Positions 43,631 to 54,951 are shown, counted from the stretch's first letter. The stretch: DNA of 64,000 bases from Alphaproteobacteria bacterium UBA6178 (GCA_002422205.1 DITS01000031.1:24115-88114), one strand, 5' to 3'. Program-made: numbers and translations. Notes: generated by a model from the letters alone, not told the origin.

Positions 43631-44809
43631 CTACTCGCTAATATGCGGCAGCGACAAATACCGCTCCGATTGCATTTCCATCAGGCGGCTAACCGTGCGC
43701 TGAAACTCGAATGAGCCATCCCCTGCGGGGTAGAGCGCTTCGGCTGGGGCCTGCGCCGAACAAATTAGCTTCACCTTATGCTCATACAGCGTATCGATCA
43801 GCGTCACAAAACGTTTGGCCTCGTTACGCTTCTCAGGCGATAGAATAGGAATATCCTGCATAATCAGCGTATGAAACAGCGCCGCAATCTCCAGATAATC
43901 TCCCGCCCCGAGCGGGCGCTCGCACAGCTCGGCAAAGCTCACCCACGCCACGCCGCTGGCGGTTTTCTCCAGCACTACATTGCGCCCTTGCACCTCCACT
44001 ACAGTGGGGCGCGATTCCGCCGATTGCGTGAGTGCGCAATAGGCATCATACAAAAATTCGCACGCTTCCTCACCCACCGACGGGTAATAAACCTGCTCAA
44101 ACGCCTTCAATTGCTGCAAGCGATAATCCAGCGGCCCATCAATGCGCACAATATCCAGATGCGCTTCCGCCAGTTCGATAAACTGCTCAAATTGCTCGCG
44201 CTGCAGCCCGCCCTGATACAAATCCTTCGGCGCCCGGTTCGACGTCGTCACCACCACCACACCTTTTTGGAATAGCAAGGTAAACAAGCGCGATAAGATC
44301 ATCGCATCCGTCACATCATGCACCTGAAACTCATCAAAACACAGCAGCTTGGCTTCGCGCGCTAGCTCATCTACGACACGTGGCAACAAATCATGCTGGC
44401 TTTTCAACTGCCGCCACGCATGAATGCGCGCATGCACCTCGCGCATAAACGCATGAAAATGCACACGGCGCTTGGCTTTAATGGGCACCATCTCGTAAAA
44501 AATATCCATCAGCATCGATTTGCCGCGCCCCACATCACCCCATAAATAGGTGCCGCAAAACTCGGGTAATTCAGGACGTAATACGCTGCTTAGCAGCTTG
44601 GATATAATACCATCCTCCTGCTCAAATTCAGGATCACTCACTCGCAGATACACCTTATCAAGCGCCTGCATCGCCTCGGCCTGCGCCGTGTCATGCTGCA
44701 CCGTGCCAGCCGCGACCATCTGCGCATACATAGCCGATGGCGTCACCACTCCGGTTGCTCCATCTTTTGTTTGCGTCGGCTCTGGCATCGTTCTATGTTC
44801 GGCATCCAT
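43631..44809 (-). CDS. zapE: AFG1/ZapE-family ATPase
   Basis: Walker A YLWGDVGRGKSMLMD. The start is set at MDAEHRT (44809) or MPEPTQ (44788). The longer track ORF would overlap panC on the opposite strand. Confidence 0.85.
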   Translation of the reverse strand: MDAEHRTMPEPTQTKDGATGVVTPSAMYAQMVAAGTVQHDTAQAEAMQALDKVYLRVSDPEFEQEDGIISKLLSSVLRPELPEFCGTYLWGDVGRGKSMLMDIFYEMVPIKAKRRVHFHAFMREVHARIHAWRQLKSQHDLLPRVVDELAREAKLLCFDEFQVHDVTDAMILSRLFTLLFQKGVVVVTTSNRAPKDLYQGGLQREQFEQFIELAEAHLDIVRIDGPLDYRLQQLKAFEQVYYPSVGEEACEFLYDAYCALTQSAESRPTVVEVQGRNVVLEKTASGVAWVSFAELCERPLGAGDYLEIAALFHTLIMQDIPILSPEKRNEAKRFVTLIDTLYEHKVKLICSAQAPAEALYPAGDGSFEFQRTVSRLMEMQSERYLSLPHISE

Positions 44810-44849
44810 AGCGCTTGATGTAATCGAATTAGCGGAGTAACTCAAGAAA

Positions 44850-45692
44850 ATGGACAGAATCGTCGACAGTGAACTCGAATTGCGTGAACGCATCCACACC
44901 ATGCGTCTGCGCGGCGAGCATTTGGGCTTTGTGCCCACTATGGGCGCCTTGCATGCAGGCCATATGGCCTTGGTTGAAAGCGCCAAAGCCCGCTGCCGCC
45001 ATGTGGTGGTGAGTATTTTTATCAACCCACTACAATTCGCGGCGCATGAGGATTTGGGCAGCTATCCGCGCCAGTTGGAGCGCGACACCGACCTGTTGCG
45101 CGATGCAGGAGTTGACCTTATTTATTTGCCACAAGCCGATCAGATATACCCCACAGCATTCAGCACCACCGTCACTGTCAACGGGGTGAGCGAAGGACTC
45201 TGCGGTGCTGTGCGCCCGCACCATTTCAGCGGTGTTGCAACCATTGTAGCCAAATTATTAAATCAGGTGCTGCCCGATGCCGCTTTTTTCGGCGAAAAAG
45301 ACTATCAGCAACTCAAAGTAATCGAGCGCATGGTAGCCGATTTATCTATCCCCGTTCAAATCATTCCCGTGCCCACCATGCGCGAGGCAGACGGGCTGGC
45401 CCTGTCATCGCGCAATTGCTATCTGAATGAGGCGGAGCGAAAAATTGCGCCAGCGCTTTATCAAACGCTCGTTCAATGCGCCAAGCGCATTGTGGCTGGG
45501 GAATCTACCACCTCCGCCCTCGCATGGGCCGAGGGACAGGTGCTGGCAGCTGGCTTCTCCCGCACTGATTATATCGAGCTGCGCGACGCACAAACGCTAA
45601 AACCCATGGCTGACTATAAAGCCCCCGCACGTTTGCTGGCAGCGGCCTATCTTGGCAAAACCCGTCTCATCGACAATATCGCGGTGGAGTAA
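44850..45692 (+). CDS. panC: pantoate--beta-alanine ligase
   Basis: 280 aa. FVPTMGALHAGHMALV and the overall PanC pattern. Confidence 0.93.
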   Translation: MDRIVDSELELRERIHTMRLRGEHLGFVPTMGALHAGHMALVESAKARCRHVVVSIFINPLQFAAHEDLGSYPRQLERDTDLLRDAGVDLIYLPQADQIYPTAFSTTVTVNGVSEGLCGAVRPHHFSGVATIVAKLLNQVLPDAAFFGEKDYQQLKVIERMVADLSIPVQIIPVPTMREADGLALSSRNCYLNEAERKIAPALYQTLVQCAKRIVAGESTTSALAWAEGQVLAAGFSRTDYIELRDAQTLKPMADYKAPARLLAAAYLGKTRLIDNIAVE

Positions 45693-45696
45693 ACCC

Positions 45697-46284
45697 ATGA
45701 ACGAACAGCAAATAATAAAAGAATTTGAAGATGCACAGGCCATTTTAAAAGGCCATTTCATTCTCTCATCCGGCTTGCACAGCGACACCTATTTACAATG
45801 CGCGCGCGTATTAATGGATGCGCAACGCGGCGCCCGCCTGTGCAAAGCGCTGGCCGATAAAGTGCAGGCGCAGATTAGTGAAAAGATTGATATGGTCGTC
45901 GCACCTGCAATGGGCGGCGTAGTGGTGGGCTACGAAATGGGCCGCCAACTCGGCGTCGAATCTATCTTCTGTGAACGTGCCGATGGCAGCTTCTGCCTGC
46001 GTCGAGGTTTTGATATTGAGGATGGAGCCAATATATTATTGGTCGAAGATGTTGTCACCACCGGCAAATCATCTCTGGAAACCGTTGATTGCATCACTGC
46101 CTATGGCGGTAAAGTAGTGGCTGAAGCCTGTTTGGTAGACCGCAGCGCCGGCAGCGTCAAAATGCCATTCCCGCTCATATCGCTGCTCAAAATCGAAGTC
46201 GCCACTTACGAGCCGCATAAACTACCCACCGCATTGGCTGAAATTCCAGCCGTAAAGCCGGGTAGTCGTTGGCTAAAAAACTAA
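45697..46284 (+). CDS. pyrE: orotate phosphoribosyltransferase
   Basis: Starts at MNEQQIIKEF. PRPP-binding motif ILLVEDVVTTGKS. Confidence 0.88.
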   Translation: MNEQQIIKEFEDAQAILKGHFILSSGLHSDTYLQCARVLMDAQRGARLCKALADKVQAQISEKIDMVVAPAMGGVVVGYEMGRQLGVESIFCERADGSFCLRRGFDIEDGANILLVEDVVTTGKSSLETVDCITAYGGKVVAEACLVDRSAGSVKMPFPLISLLKIEVATYEPHKLPTALAEIPAVKPGSRWLKN

Positions 46285-46285
46285 G

Positions 46286-46816
46286 CTAAACCTTTGGTGC
46301 GGGCGACACCACCATCACCACCTGACGTCCTTCAAATGAAGGTTCATGCTCGACTTTGATTTTGTCGGCCAGCATCTCGCGCACCTTGTCCAGCAGCTTC
46401 ATACCCAGCTCCTGATGCGCCATTTCACGGCCACGGAAGCGCAGGGTAATCTTCACCTTATCACCTGCATCCAAAAATTTGGTAACAGCCTTCAACTTAA
46501 TTTCCAGATCATGCTTATCAATATTCGGGCGCAGCTTTACTTCTTTGATATGGATAACTTTTTGCTTTTTCTTGGCTTCATGGGCTTTCTTTTGCTGTTC
46601 ATATTTGAACTTCCCATAATCCAGAATTTTGCACACAGGGGGCGATGCATTGGGAGAAACTTCTACCAGATCTAAGCCAGCCTCAGCTGCCATTCTTAAG
46701 CCTTCTCCGACCGACACAACACCAATCATGTTGCCATCCTGATCGACTAAACGGATTTGAGGGACGCGGATTCTATCATTGATTCGGGTTTCGTCCTCGC
46801 GTGGCTTAACGCTCAT
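46286..46816 (-). CDS. infC: translation initiation factor IF-3
   Basis: 176 aa. INDRIRVPQIRLVDQDGN...GLDLVEVSPNASPPVCKILDYGKFKYEQQKK. Confidence 0.93.
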   Translation of the reverse strand: MSVKPREDETRINDRIRVPQIRLVDQDGNMIGVVSVGEGLRMAAEAGLDLVEVSPNASPPVCKILDYGKFKYEQQKKAHEAKKKQKVIHIKEVKLRPNIDKHDLEIKLKAVTKFLDAGDKVKITLRFRGREMAHQELGMKLLDKVREMLADKIKVEHEPSFEGRQVVMVVSPAPKV

Positions 46817-46858
46817 ATTGACCTGTCATAAAGTTCGTTTCTCTCCATTATTTCATAC

Positions 46859-48832
46859 CTATGCGGGTGCAGAGGTTTCATCTTTTAGTGTAGCAATTGC
46901 TGCGTCAAGCGCAAGGGTTTCTTGTTGCTCTGCGCCCAGACGACGTATCGCCACGGTACCATTCTCCACATCACGCCCCCCAACAGCTAGGATAAATGGC
47001 ACTTTTCTATGGCTATGCTCGCGCACTTTGTAATTGATTTTATTAGCAGAAAGATCGGTTTCTACCCGCAATCCTGCCTTGGCCAGCGCATCAGCCACGC
47101 TTTGCGCATAATCATCCTGATCATTGGTAATCGGGCACACCACGGCCTGCACGGGTGCCAGCCAAAGCGGGAATTTGCCCGCATAATTCTCGATTAAAAT
47201 GCCCAAAAACCGCTCCAGCGAGCCCAAAATGGCCCGATGCAGCATCACAGGGCGGTGTTTATCCCCGTCATCGGCGATATAATTGGCATCCAGCCGCTCT
47301 GGCAGCACAAAATCCAGCTGCAGCGTGCCGCATTGCCATGTTCGCCCGATCGCATCCTTCAGGTGGAATTCCAGTTTGGGGCCATAAAACGCCCCTTCAC
47401 CCGGTTCAATCGAGTAGGTGAGGCCTGCTGCCGTGACCGCATCCCCCAGCGCCTTCTCGGCCTTGTCCCATGTGACGTCGTCACCTGCGCGTGTCTCGGG
47501 GCGCGTGGCCAGCTTCACATCCACTTCCGTAAAGCCCAACTCGTCATAGACATTTTCAAGCAAGCGACAAAAACGCTCGGTTTCGGGCAGAATCTGCTCT
47601 TCGGTGCAAAAAATATGCGCATCATCCTGCACCATCGCGCGCACGCGCATCAGGCCGTGCAGCGCACCAGTCGGCTCATTGCGATGACACGATCCAAATT
47701 CCGCCATGCGCAAAGGCAGGTCACGATAAGACTTAATGCCCTGATTAAAAATCTGCACATGGCAGGGGCAATTCATCGGCTTGATGGCCAATGTGCGGTC
47801 TTCATCCTCATCCGCCACGGTAAACATATTGGCGCGGAATTTTTCCCAGTGACCCGATTTTTCCCACAAGCTGCGATCTACCAGAATCGGGGTTTTTACC
47901 TCGATATAGCCATTGGCGCGGATTTTCCGGCGCACATAATTCTCAAGCAGCTGATACAGCGTCCAGCCCTTATCATGCCAGAAAATCTGGCCTTGCGCCT
48001 CTTCCTGAATATGAAACAACTCCAGCTCGCGCCCAAGGCGGCGATGGTCACGTTTTTCGGCTTCTTCCAGCATCAGCAAATGGGCTTCGAGTTCTTTTTT
48101 ATCAAAAAACGACACACCATAAATCCGCTGCAGCATTTTGTTTTTGCTGTCACCGCGCCAATAGGCACCGGCAAGCTTGGTCAGCTTGAATGCTTTGGAG
48201 ATTTTTTCCAGATTCGGCACATGCGGGCCATAGCATAAATCGATGAATGCATCATCGCCTTCGCCCTGACGATACAGCGATACCTGACCATCCGCCCCGC
48301 CATTTTTCTCCTTCGCCATGCCGATTAGCTCGGCCTTGTAATGCTCCCCGCGCGATGTAAACATGGCAATGGCATCATCAAACGCCCACATTTCGCGGGC
48401 AACGGGTTTTTTGCGCCCCAGAATTTCGCGCATTTTGTCTTCGACCTTCGGCAAATCTTCGGGCGTCAGCTTGTAATCCAGATCAATATCGTAATAAAAG
48501 CCATGCTCGATCGTGGGGCCAATCGCCAGCTGCGCCGAAGGCCACAATTCTTTAACCGCCAACGCCAGCACTTGCGCGGTCAGCGTGTGGCGCATCACAT
48601 CCAGCCCGCCTTCATCTTTGGGCGTTAAAATGCTCACCTTGGCATCGCGCTCTATCAGGTGTGACAAATCGCGCTGCTCGCCATCAACCAAAACGGCCAC
48701 GGCGGCTTTTGCCAGCCCCGCGCCGATGGATTCGGCCAGCTCCATGCCGGTAATCGCATGGTCAAAGCGCCGCGTGCTGCCATCGGGCAGGGTAATCGTG
48801 ACGGGGGTATGATGGCTTTGAGCAGGTTGCAT
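46859..48832 (-). CDS. thrS: threonine--tRNA ligase
   Basis: 657 aa. TGS, editing and class II core regions ([32 protein letters not shown]), in the usual position upstream of infC. Confidence 0.95.
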   Translation of the reverse strand: MQPAQSHHTPVTITLPDGSTRRFDHAITGMELAESIGAGLAKAAVAVLVDGEQRDLSHLIERDAKVSILTPKDEGGLDVMRHTLTAQVLALAVKELWPSAQLAIGPTIEHGFYYDIDLDYKLTPEDLPKVEDKMREILGRKKPVAREMWAFDDAIAMFTSRGEHYKAELIGMAKEKNGGADGQVSLYRQGEGDDAFIDLCYGPHVPNLEKISKAFKLTKLAGAYWRGDSKNKMLQRIYGVSFFDKKELEAHLLMLEEAEKRDHRRLGRELELFHIQEEAQGQIFWHDKGWTLYQLLENYVRRKIRANGYIEVKTPILVDRSLWEKSGHWEKFRANMFTVADEDEDRTLAIKPMNCPCHVQIFNQGIKSYRDLPLRMAEFGSCHRNEPTGALHGLMRVRAMVQDDAHIFCTEEQILPETERFCRLLENVYDELGFTEVDVKLATRPETRAGDDVTWDKAEKALGDAVTAAGLTYSIEPGEGAFYGPKLEFHLKDAIGRTWQCGTLQLDFVLPERLDANYIADDGDKHRPVMLHRAILGSLERFLGILIENYAGKFPLWLAPVQAVVCPITNDQDDYAQSVADALAKAGLRVETDLSANKINYKVREHSHRKVPFILAVGGRDVENGTVAIRRLGAEQQETLALDAAIATLKDETSAPA

Positions 48833-48882
48833 AGTGTGATTCCTTCAGGTGGATTGCGACATTAGCGACTATACCACACCTG

Positions 48883-49830
48883 TCAAGCAGCCACTGAAGC
48901 GGGCAAAACGTCAATAATGGCGGCAGGCTTCACAGTCTGCAAATCATCCGCTGCCATAACCTGCACATGGGCCCCGCGCGGCGCACAAAGCGCCGGATTC
49001 GAAGCCTGCAGATTAAACAATACCACACTCGGGCAACCCGCCGCCGCAATAATATGCATTGGGCCTGTATCATTCCCAACCGCAAACGCCGCTCCCCGCG
49101 CCAATTCCGCCAATTGCGCAAAGGAGGTGTGATTACATAAATTGACAATACCAGATGCACCATCGCCTACACTCGACTCAATCTCATGTAATAATGTAGC
49201 TTCGGCCCCAGTACCAATCAGCACGGGCGTCATGCCCGCTTGTAAAATATGCACTGCCAATGCGCTAAAATACTCCGCAGGCCAGCGCTTCTCAGGCCGG
49301 TGCGCCGACCCACCGGCAACCAGCAAAATATAAGGCGCGTTGGGGCGAATATCGCTTACATCAGCCCCCATCCAGCTGATATCCGGCTCGGGCACATCGG
49401 TAATACCAGCAATAGCTAACTGCTGCTTTTGACGGTCTATCGTATGCATTCGGGTGCGCTCTGCCGTATGATGGCGGTGCGATGCCCCCTTTGCCAAGCC
49501 CGAAAACCGGGGCTTTGGCTTCACGAATAATTTAAAATACCGCGTGCTACGTTGCGAAGTCTGCAAATCATACACCCACGAAAACCCGCGCGAATTAAGC
49601 GATTTGGTGAGTGCAGCAATGACGCCAAGCTGCCATGCTTTGGGTTTTCGATCAATCCACACATCATCAATAAACGGGCAATCTGCCATCAGCCGCGCAT
49701 AAGGCTTAGTAGTCAGCAGCACAATATGTGCGGTCGGGTGATGCTGACGGATGGCCTTGATCGGGCCCGTCGCCAATATCATATCCCCCAGCGCGCCATG
49801 CTTGATGATAAGGATTTGCTCGGTATTCAT
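48883..49830 (-). CDS. glycosyltransferase family 9 (LPS heptosyltransferase-like)
   Basis: 315 aa. ILIIKHGALGDMILATGPIKAIRQHHP and the C-terminal GNDTGPMHIAA-type motif (VGNDTGPMHIIAA). Confidence 0.85.
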   Translation of the reverse strand: MNTEQILIIKHGALGDMILATGPIKAIRQHHPTAHIVLLTTKPYARLMADCPFIDDVWIDRKPKAWQLGVIAALTKSLNSRGFSWVYDLQTSQRSTRYFKLFVKPKPRFSGLAKGASHRHHTAERTRMHTIDRQKQQLAIAGITDVPEPDISWMGADVSDIRPNAPYILLVAGGSAHRPEKRWPAEYFSALAVHILQAGMTPVLIGTGAEATLLHEIESSVGDGASGIVNLCNHTSFAQLAELARGAAFAVGNDTGPMHIIAAAGCPSVVLFNLQASNPALCAPRGAHVQVMAADDLQTVKPAAIIDVLPASVAA

Positions 49831-49839
49831 GGGATATTG

Positions 49840-50997
49840 TTAGAGTAAGCTCTGATACACATCCAGTGTTTTCTGACGCATCAGATCGGCGGAGAAATGC
49901 TCCCACACATGATTAATAGCTGCTTGCTCCATCTCCAGTTTCCGGTCCTTGCCCATCTCCATGACTAGTTGAAGCGCCCGTGCCATAGCATCCACATTAT
50001 TCGGCTCCACCAAAAATCCGGTCTCGCCTTCGACCACGGTTTCCATCGCCCCGCCATGATTGGTCGTCACCACGATTTTGCCCATTGCCTGTGCTTCCAC
50101 CGGCACCCGCCCGAAGGCTTCCGGCTCGATCGAAGGCACTACCACCACTTCAGCCAAAGTATACGCCTCGCTCATATATTTGCTATTGGGCGCAAAACGC
50201 ACGCGGCCTTCCAGCTTCTCACGGATCACCAGTTTTTTTAGCTCTTCCGTATAATCGGGATGGTTGGTGCTATCGCCCATCATAATACATAGAAAATGCT
50301 GGTTGGGCAGCTTGGCTAACGCCTTTATCAATACTTCATGCCCCTTCCAGCGCGAAAACCTTCCGGGCATCAAAATAATAGGGGCGGGCTCTTCCGGTAA
50401 TCGCCATGCTTTGGTCAGAATTTCCAGCTGCCCCTTGGCAATATTATCAGGATGAAAAACCGCCAGATCCGCGCCCCGATGAATCACCGTAATTTTGGAC
50501 GGATCGCACTCATATTCTTTCAAAATATGATCACGGATATAGTTTGATACCGCAATCACGCGGTCACCTTTCACCATAATGCTGTTATAGCGACGCTTCC
50601 AGTCACTCTCTAGCCCGTACACTCCATGAAAAGTTGTCACAAATGGGATACCGGTTTTTTTCGCAGCGTAATAAGCCGACCAAGCAGGTGCCCGTGAACG
50701 CGCATGAATGATGCTCACATCATGCCGCTTAATCACTTCGACCAGCGCATGATAATTCTGATACATGACCCACGGATTTTTTGATTCCAGTGGTAGGTTG
50801 ATATGCTCGCCGCCGGTGTAAGACACACCGGTAACCATCGGGCCACCACTTGAGGCAACAAGGCTCTTCCATCCGGCGCGCACGATAGCGAGCGAAATTT
50901 CGACGGTGCCACGCTCAACCCCACCGCTGGTCATGGCGGGCAACACTTGCAATATCGTCGGGCGCTTTGGCATGGCATGAGGTGATAAACGATTCAC
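49840..50997 (-). CDS. glycosyltransferase family 4 (GT-B, group 1)
   Basis: 385 aa. N-terminus GGVERGTVEI and the C-terminal EAFGRVPVEAQAMG EX7E-type motif. Confidence 0.85.
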   Translation of the reverse strand: MNRLSPHAMPKRPTILQVLPAMTSGGVERGTVEISLAIVRAGWKSLVASSGGPMVTGVSYTGGEHINLPLESKNPWVMYQNYHALVEVIKRHDVSIIHARSRAPAWSAYYAAKKTGIPFVTTFHGVYGLESDWKRRYNSIMVKGDRVIAVSNYIRDHILKEYECDPSKITVIHRGADLAVFHPDNIAKGQLEILTKAWRLPEEPAPIILMPGRFSRWKGHEVLIKALAKLPNQHFLCIMMGDSTNHPDYTEELKKLVIREKLEGRVRFAPNSKYMSEAYTLAEVVVVPSIEPEAFGRVPVEAQAMGKIVVTTNHGGAMETVVEGETGFLVEPNNVDAMARALQLVMEMGKDRKLEMEQAAINHVWEHFSADLMRQKTLDVYQSLL

Positions 50998-51052
50998 CGG
51001 CGCTTGTCATGCTGAACTTGAATGATGTGGATGGATAGGCTAACCAGATGAC

Positions 51053-51799
51053 ATGTTCAACACACTCATCACCGATGATAATACGCAGCTGGCCTATCAT
51101 CATGCCGATGGTGCGCAGCCTGGTGTAATGTTTTTAGGCGGCTTTAAATCGGACATGACAGGCAGCAAAGCCACGGCTCTCGAAGCGCATTGCATGCAGC
51201 ATGATGTCGCCTTCACCCGCTTTGATTATCTGGGGCATGGCGCATCATCCGGCAATTTCACCGACGGCACCATCGGCCAATGGGCCCAAAACGCCATTGC
51301 CATCCTCGATGACATCACCGCCGGTCCACAAATTCTTGTTGGCTCCAGCATGGGCGGCTGGCTAATGCTGCTGGCCGCACTTGCGCGCCCTCAACGCGTG
51401 GCGGGCCTCATTGGTATTGCTGCCGCACCTGATTTTACCGAGCGGTTACTCTGGGCACAAATGAATGAACAGCAACGCCACGAACTGATGGAAGAAGGCG
51501 TCTATTACGCACCCTCCTGCTACGGCGAAGATTGCTACCCCATCACCCGCAAACTAATCGAAGAGGGGCGCAATCACCTGCTGCTCGAGAGTGATATTGC
51601 AATTCATTGCCCCATACGTCTCATTCACGGCATGAGCGACCCCGACGTACCGTGGCAACTCTCCACGCAGCTCGCCGAAAAACTCATGAGCGACGATGTG
51701 GACGTGCAGTTGATCAAATCCGGTGATCACCGCATGTCGCAGCCCGAGAATCTATCGCTGCTGTGTGACACGCTGGACGCATTGCGGCGGAAGCTATAG
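51053..51799 (+). CDS. alpha/beta-fold hydrolase
   Basis: 248 aa. Nucleophile elbow VGSSMGG and the C-terminal GDHRM. Confidence 0.75.
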   Translation: MFNTLITDDNTQLAYHHADGAQPGVMFLGGFKSDMTGSKATALEAHCMQHDVAFTRFDYLGHGASSGNFTDGTIGQWAQNAIAILDDITAGPQILVGSSMGGWLMLLAALARPQRVAGLIGIAAAPDFTERLLWAQMNEQQRHELMEEGVYYAPSCYGEDCYPITRKLIEEGRNHLLLESDIAIHCPIRLIHGMSDPDVPWQLSTQLAEKLMSDDVDVQLIKSGDHRMSQPENLSLLCDTLDALRRKL

Positions 51800-51800
51800 C

Positions 51801-51880
51801 TGTCATACTGCGGCTCGCACAGCGAGAGCGCAGTATCTATTGGCGATCCATACAGAGACTGCGTCATCCGCAGGATGACC
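51801..51880. repeat. REP-like palindromic intergenic elements (tgtcat-type)
   Basis: Hairpins atactgcg...cgcagtat (51805-51836) and gtcatcc-gca-ggatgac (51863-51879). They share the tgtcat/gtcatcc-gc core with the element at 54747. Confidence 0.55.
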
Positions 51881-51963
51881 TATGACGTAAAATACCTTTG
51901 CATCTTGCCGCGTACCTCGCTAAACATAGCGCGAAAATCACACCCCCTTGAACGGATGACCAC

Positions 51964-53130
51964 ATGAGCAAACCCGCCACCAAACCGCAAAATCCTTGTT
52001 TTTCTTCCGGCCCCTGCGCCAAACGCCCCGGCTGGAGCGTACAAGCACTGGCCGATGCCGCGATTGGCCGCTCGCACCGCGCCAAAATCGGTAAAAATAA
52101 ATTGAAAGACGTGATCGACCGCAGCGCCAAAATGCTGGGCTTGCCCGAGGGCTATGTGCTCGGCATCATGCCCGCATCCGACACCGGCGCGATTGAGGCC
52201 GCCATGTGGAGCCTGCTCGGCGCACGCGGCGTCGATGCACTCGGCTGGGAAAGCTTCGGCAGCACATGGGTCAAGGAAATCACCGGCCAACTGAAACTAA
52301 AAGACGTGAACGTGTACGAAGCCGCCTATGGCGAGCTCCCTGACCTGTCCAAAGTCGATTGGAAACGCGATGTGGTCTTCACATGGAACGGCACCACCTC
52401 GGGCGTTTGCGTGCCCAATGGCGACTGGATCGCCGATGACCGCGAAGGCCTCGCCATTTGCGACGCCACCTCGGCAGTGTTCGCGATGGACATTCCCCTG
52501 CACAAGCTCGACGTTATCACCTGGTCATGGCAAAAAGTTATGGGCGGAGAGGGCGCGCATGGCATGATTGCGCTCAGCCCCCGCGCCATCAAACGCCTCG
52601 AAGAATATACGCCATCATGGCCCATGCCGAAAATTTTCCAACTCGCCAAAAAAGGCAAACTGATCGACGGTATTTTTGTCGGCGAAACCATCAACACTCC
52701 TTCCATGATTGCGGTAGAAGACGCGCTCGACGGCCTCAAATGGGCAGAATCCATCGGTGGCTTGAAAGCTTTGATTCAGCGCTCATCCGATAATCTGAAA
52801 GCCATCGAAGATTGGGTGGAAGCCACGCCATGGGTCGACTTTCTCGCCACCAGCAAAGCCACCCGCTCCAACACCTCCATCTGTCTTAAAATCGTGGACC
52901 CATGGTACACCGCCTTATCCGAAGACGAACAACAAGCAGGTGCGAAGAAAGTGGCGTCTCTGCTTGAAGCCGAAGGCGTCGCCTACGACATCGGCGCCTA
53001 CCGCGACGCACCAGCGGGCCTGCGCATCTGGGGCGGCGCTACAGTCGAAACTGCCAATATTAAATCCCTGACAGCATGGCTCGACTGGGCTTACGCGCAG
53101 GTAAAAAACAGTGCGGCGCAAGCGGCCTAA
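51964..53130 (+). CDS. serC: phosphoserine aminotransferase
   Basis: 388 aa. N-terminus [18 protein letters not shown] is typical of the alphaproteobacterial SerC type. It lies upstream of serA. Confidence 0.9.
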   Translation: MSKPATKPQNPCFSSGPCAKRPGWSVQALADAAIGRSHRAKIGKNKLKDVIDRSAKMLGLPEGYVLGIMPASDTGAIEAAMWSLLGARGVDALGWESFGSTWVKEITGQLKLKDVNVYEAAYGELPDLSKVDWKRDVVFTWNGTTSGVCVPNGDWIADDREGLAICDATSAVFAMDIPLHKLDVITWSWQKVMGGEGAHGMIALSPRAIKRLEEYTPSWPMPKIFQLAKKGKLIDGIFVGETINTPSMIAVEDALDGLKWAESIGGLKALIQRSSDNLKAIEDWVEATPWVDFLATSKATRSNTSICLKIVDPWYTALSEDEQQAGAKKVASLLEAEGVAYDIGAYRDAPAGLRIWGGATVETANIKSLTAWLDWAYAQVKNSAAQAA

Positions 53131-53151
53131 CCCAAATCATAAGGAATCACC

Positions 53152-54735
53152 ATGCCCAAAGTCCTCATATCCGACAAACTCAGCGCGCAAGCTAAAGAAA
53201 TTTTTGAACAAGGCGGCGTCACCGTCGATGTCAAAACCGGCCTCAGTGAAGATGAGCTAATCGCCATCATCGGCGACTATGATGGGCTGGCGATTCGCTC
53301 TGCCACCACCGTCACCACCAAAGTGCTCGATGCCGCGCAAAAGCTAAAAGTTGTAGGACGCGCAGGCATCGGTGTCGATAATGTCGACATCAAAGCCGCC
53401 ACCGCCCGCGGCGTAATCGTGATGAACACGCCCTTTGGTAACTCCGTCACCACCGCCGAGCATTCGATTGCGCTGATGATGTCGATGGCACGCAAGATCC
53501 CCCAAGCCAACGCCTCCACCCATGCCGGTAAATGGGAAAAGAACGCCTTCATGGGCACCGAGCTGGCTGGCAAAACCCTCGGCTTAATCGGTTGCGGCAA
53601 CATCGGCTCCATCGTGGCCGATCGTGCGCAAGGCCTGAAAATGAAAGTCATGGCCTATGATCCCTTCCTCTCAACCGAACATGCCGCCGCGATCAATGTG
53701 GAAAAAGCCGAACTCGACGAACTGCTCAAGCGCGCTGACGTTATATCGCTGCACACCCCGCTCAACGACGCCACGCGCGGGATTTTGAACAAAGACTCAC
53801 TCGCTAAAACCAAAAAGGGCGTCATGATTGTCAACTGCGCTCGTGGTGGTCTGGTGGTCGAAGCCGATTTGAAAACCGCGCTCGAATCCGGCCATGTTGC
53901 CGCTGCGGCCTTCGACGTATTCGAAGAAGAGCCCGCTAAAACTAACGTCCTCTTCGGCATCGACACCATGATCTGCACGCCGCATCTGGGAGCATCCACC
54001 TCTGAAGCGCAGGAAAATGTCGCCATTCAAGTGGCTGAGCAAATGACCGATTACCTCATTAATGGCACCGTCACCAATGCGCTCAACATGCCATCCGTTT
54101 CTGCCGAAGATGCGGCGAAGCTGAAGCCCTACCTGCAATTGGCCAGCCAATTGGGTGGCTTTGCCGGTCAAATCACCGAAACCGGCCTCAATAAAGTCGT
54201 CATCGAATATGAAGGCGCAGTCGCCGCACTCAATACCAAGCCCCTTACGGCGGCAGCGCTGAACGGTCTGTTACAGCCCCTGATGGAGGGCGTCAATATG
54301 GTCAACGCTCCGGTAATCGCCAAAGAGCGCGATATTCAGGTCAGCGAAGTGAAGCATGAACGCGCCTCCAACTATAAAACCCTCATGCGTATCACCGTTA
54401 CCACCGAGCGCCGCTCGCGCGATGTAGCGGGCACCTTGTTTGGTGACGCCCCGCGCGTGGTGCAAATCAGCGGTGTCTCGCTCGAAGCATCCTTGGGTGA
54501 ACGCATGCTCTATATCAATAACGAAGACAAACCCGGCCTGATCGGCGGGGTAGGAAAATTGCTGGGTGACGCAAACATCAATATCGCGAATTTCCATCTG
54601 GGCCGCAATGAATCCGGCGGCGAAATCGATGCGATAGCCCTGATCGAAGTCGATCAGGAAATCAAAGCCGACCTGCTGAAAAAGATCGCTGAACTACCCA
54701 GCGTCAAGCAGGTCAAGGCGCTCGATTTCAGCTAG
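53152..54735 (+). CDS. serA: D-3-phosphoglycerate dehydrogenase (long form with ACT domain)
   Basis: 527 aa. MPKVLISDKLS, NAD-binding fold GLIGCGNIGS, and a C-terminal ACT region. Confidence 0.93.
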   Translation: MPKVLISDKLSAQAKEIFEQGGVTVDVKTGLSEDELIAIIGDYDGLAIRSATTVTTKVLDAAQKLKVVGRAGIGVDNVDIKAATARGVIVMNTPFGNSVTTAEHSIALMMSMARKIPQANASTHAGKWEKNAFMGTELAGKTLGLIGCGNIGSIVADRAQGLKMKVMAYDPFLSTEHAAAINVEKAELDELLKRADVISLHTPLNDATRGILNKDSLAKTKKGVMIVNCARGGLVVEADLKTALESGHVAAAAFDVFEEEPAKTNVLFGIDTMICTPHLGASTSEAQENVAIQVAEQMTDYLINGTVTNALNMPSVSAEDAAKLKPYLQLASQLGGFAGQITETGLNKVVIEYEGAVAALNTKPLTAAALNGLLQPLMEGVNMVNAPVIAKERDIQVSEVKHERASNYKTLMRITVTTERRSRDVAGTLFGDAPRVVQISGVSLEASLGERMLYINNEDKPGLIGGVGKLLGDANINIANFHLGRNESGGEIDAIALIEVDQEIKADLLKKIAELPSVKQVKALDFS

Positions 54736-54746
54736 TTTAAGGCATC

Positions 54747-54856
54747 TGTCATTCCCGCGAAAGCGGGTATCCAGTAGGTTGCGACATCATGCCGTCTTCA
54801 TGACGGCATCCGGCCTTACTTTTCCTCCGGACCCCGTCATACGACGGGGTGACAGG
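54747..54856. repeat. composite palindromic element: VIPAKAGIQ-type repeat plus two further hairpins, bracketed by ctgtca/tgacag
   Basis: tgtcattcccgcgaaagcgggtatccag (54747-54774), atgccgtc-ttcat-gacggcat (54789-54809) and accccgtc-atac-gacggggt (54831-54850). Outer inverted ends are ctgtca (54746-54751) and tgacag (54850-54855). Confidence 0.6.
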
Positions 54857-54951
54857 CTTTGAATAGATAAAAAATCAAAAACCACATCCGGCTTAACGCT
54901 TGTTTAAGGTTTGGCTGTTATCCTTGTCTTCACAAGCAAGGAGACAATAAC

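Noticed and set aside
44810-45025. N-terminal extension of the ZapE ORF (track start 45025)
   Set aside because: It would overlap the panC coding start on the other strand, and the extra 72 residues look non-protein-like. Starts at 44809 or 44788 give a normal AFG1 length.
47237-48238. 333-aa plus-strand ORF
   Set aside because: It is entirely antisense to thrS, whose identity is unambiguous, and it has typical shadow-frame composition.
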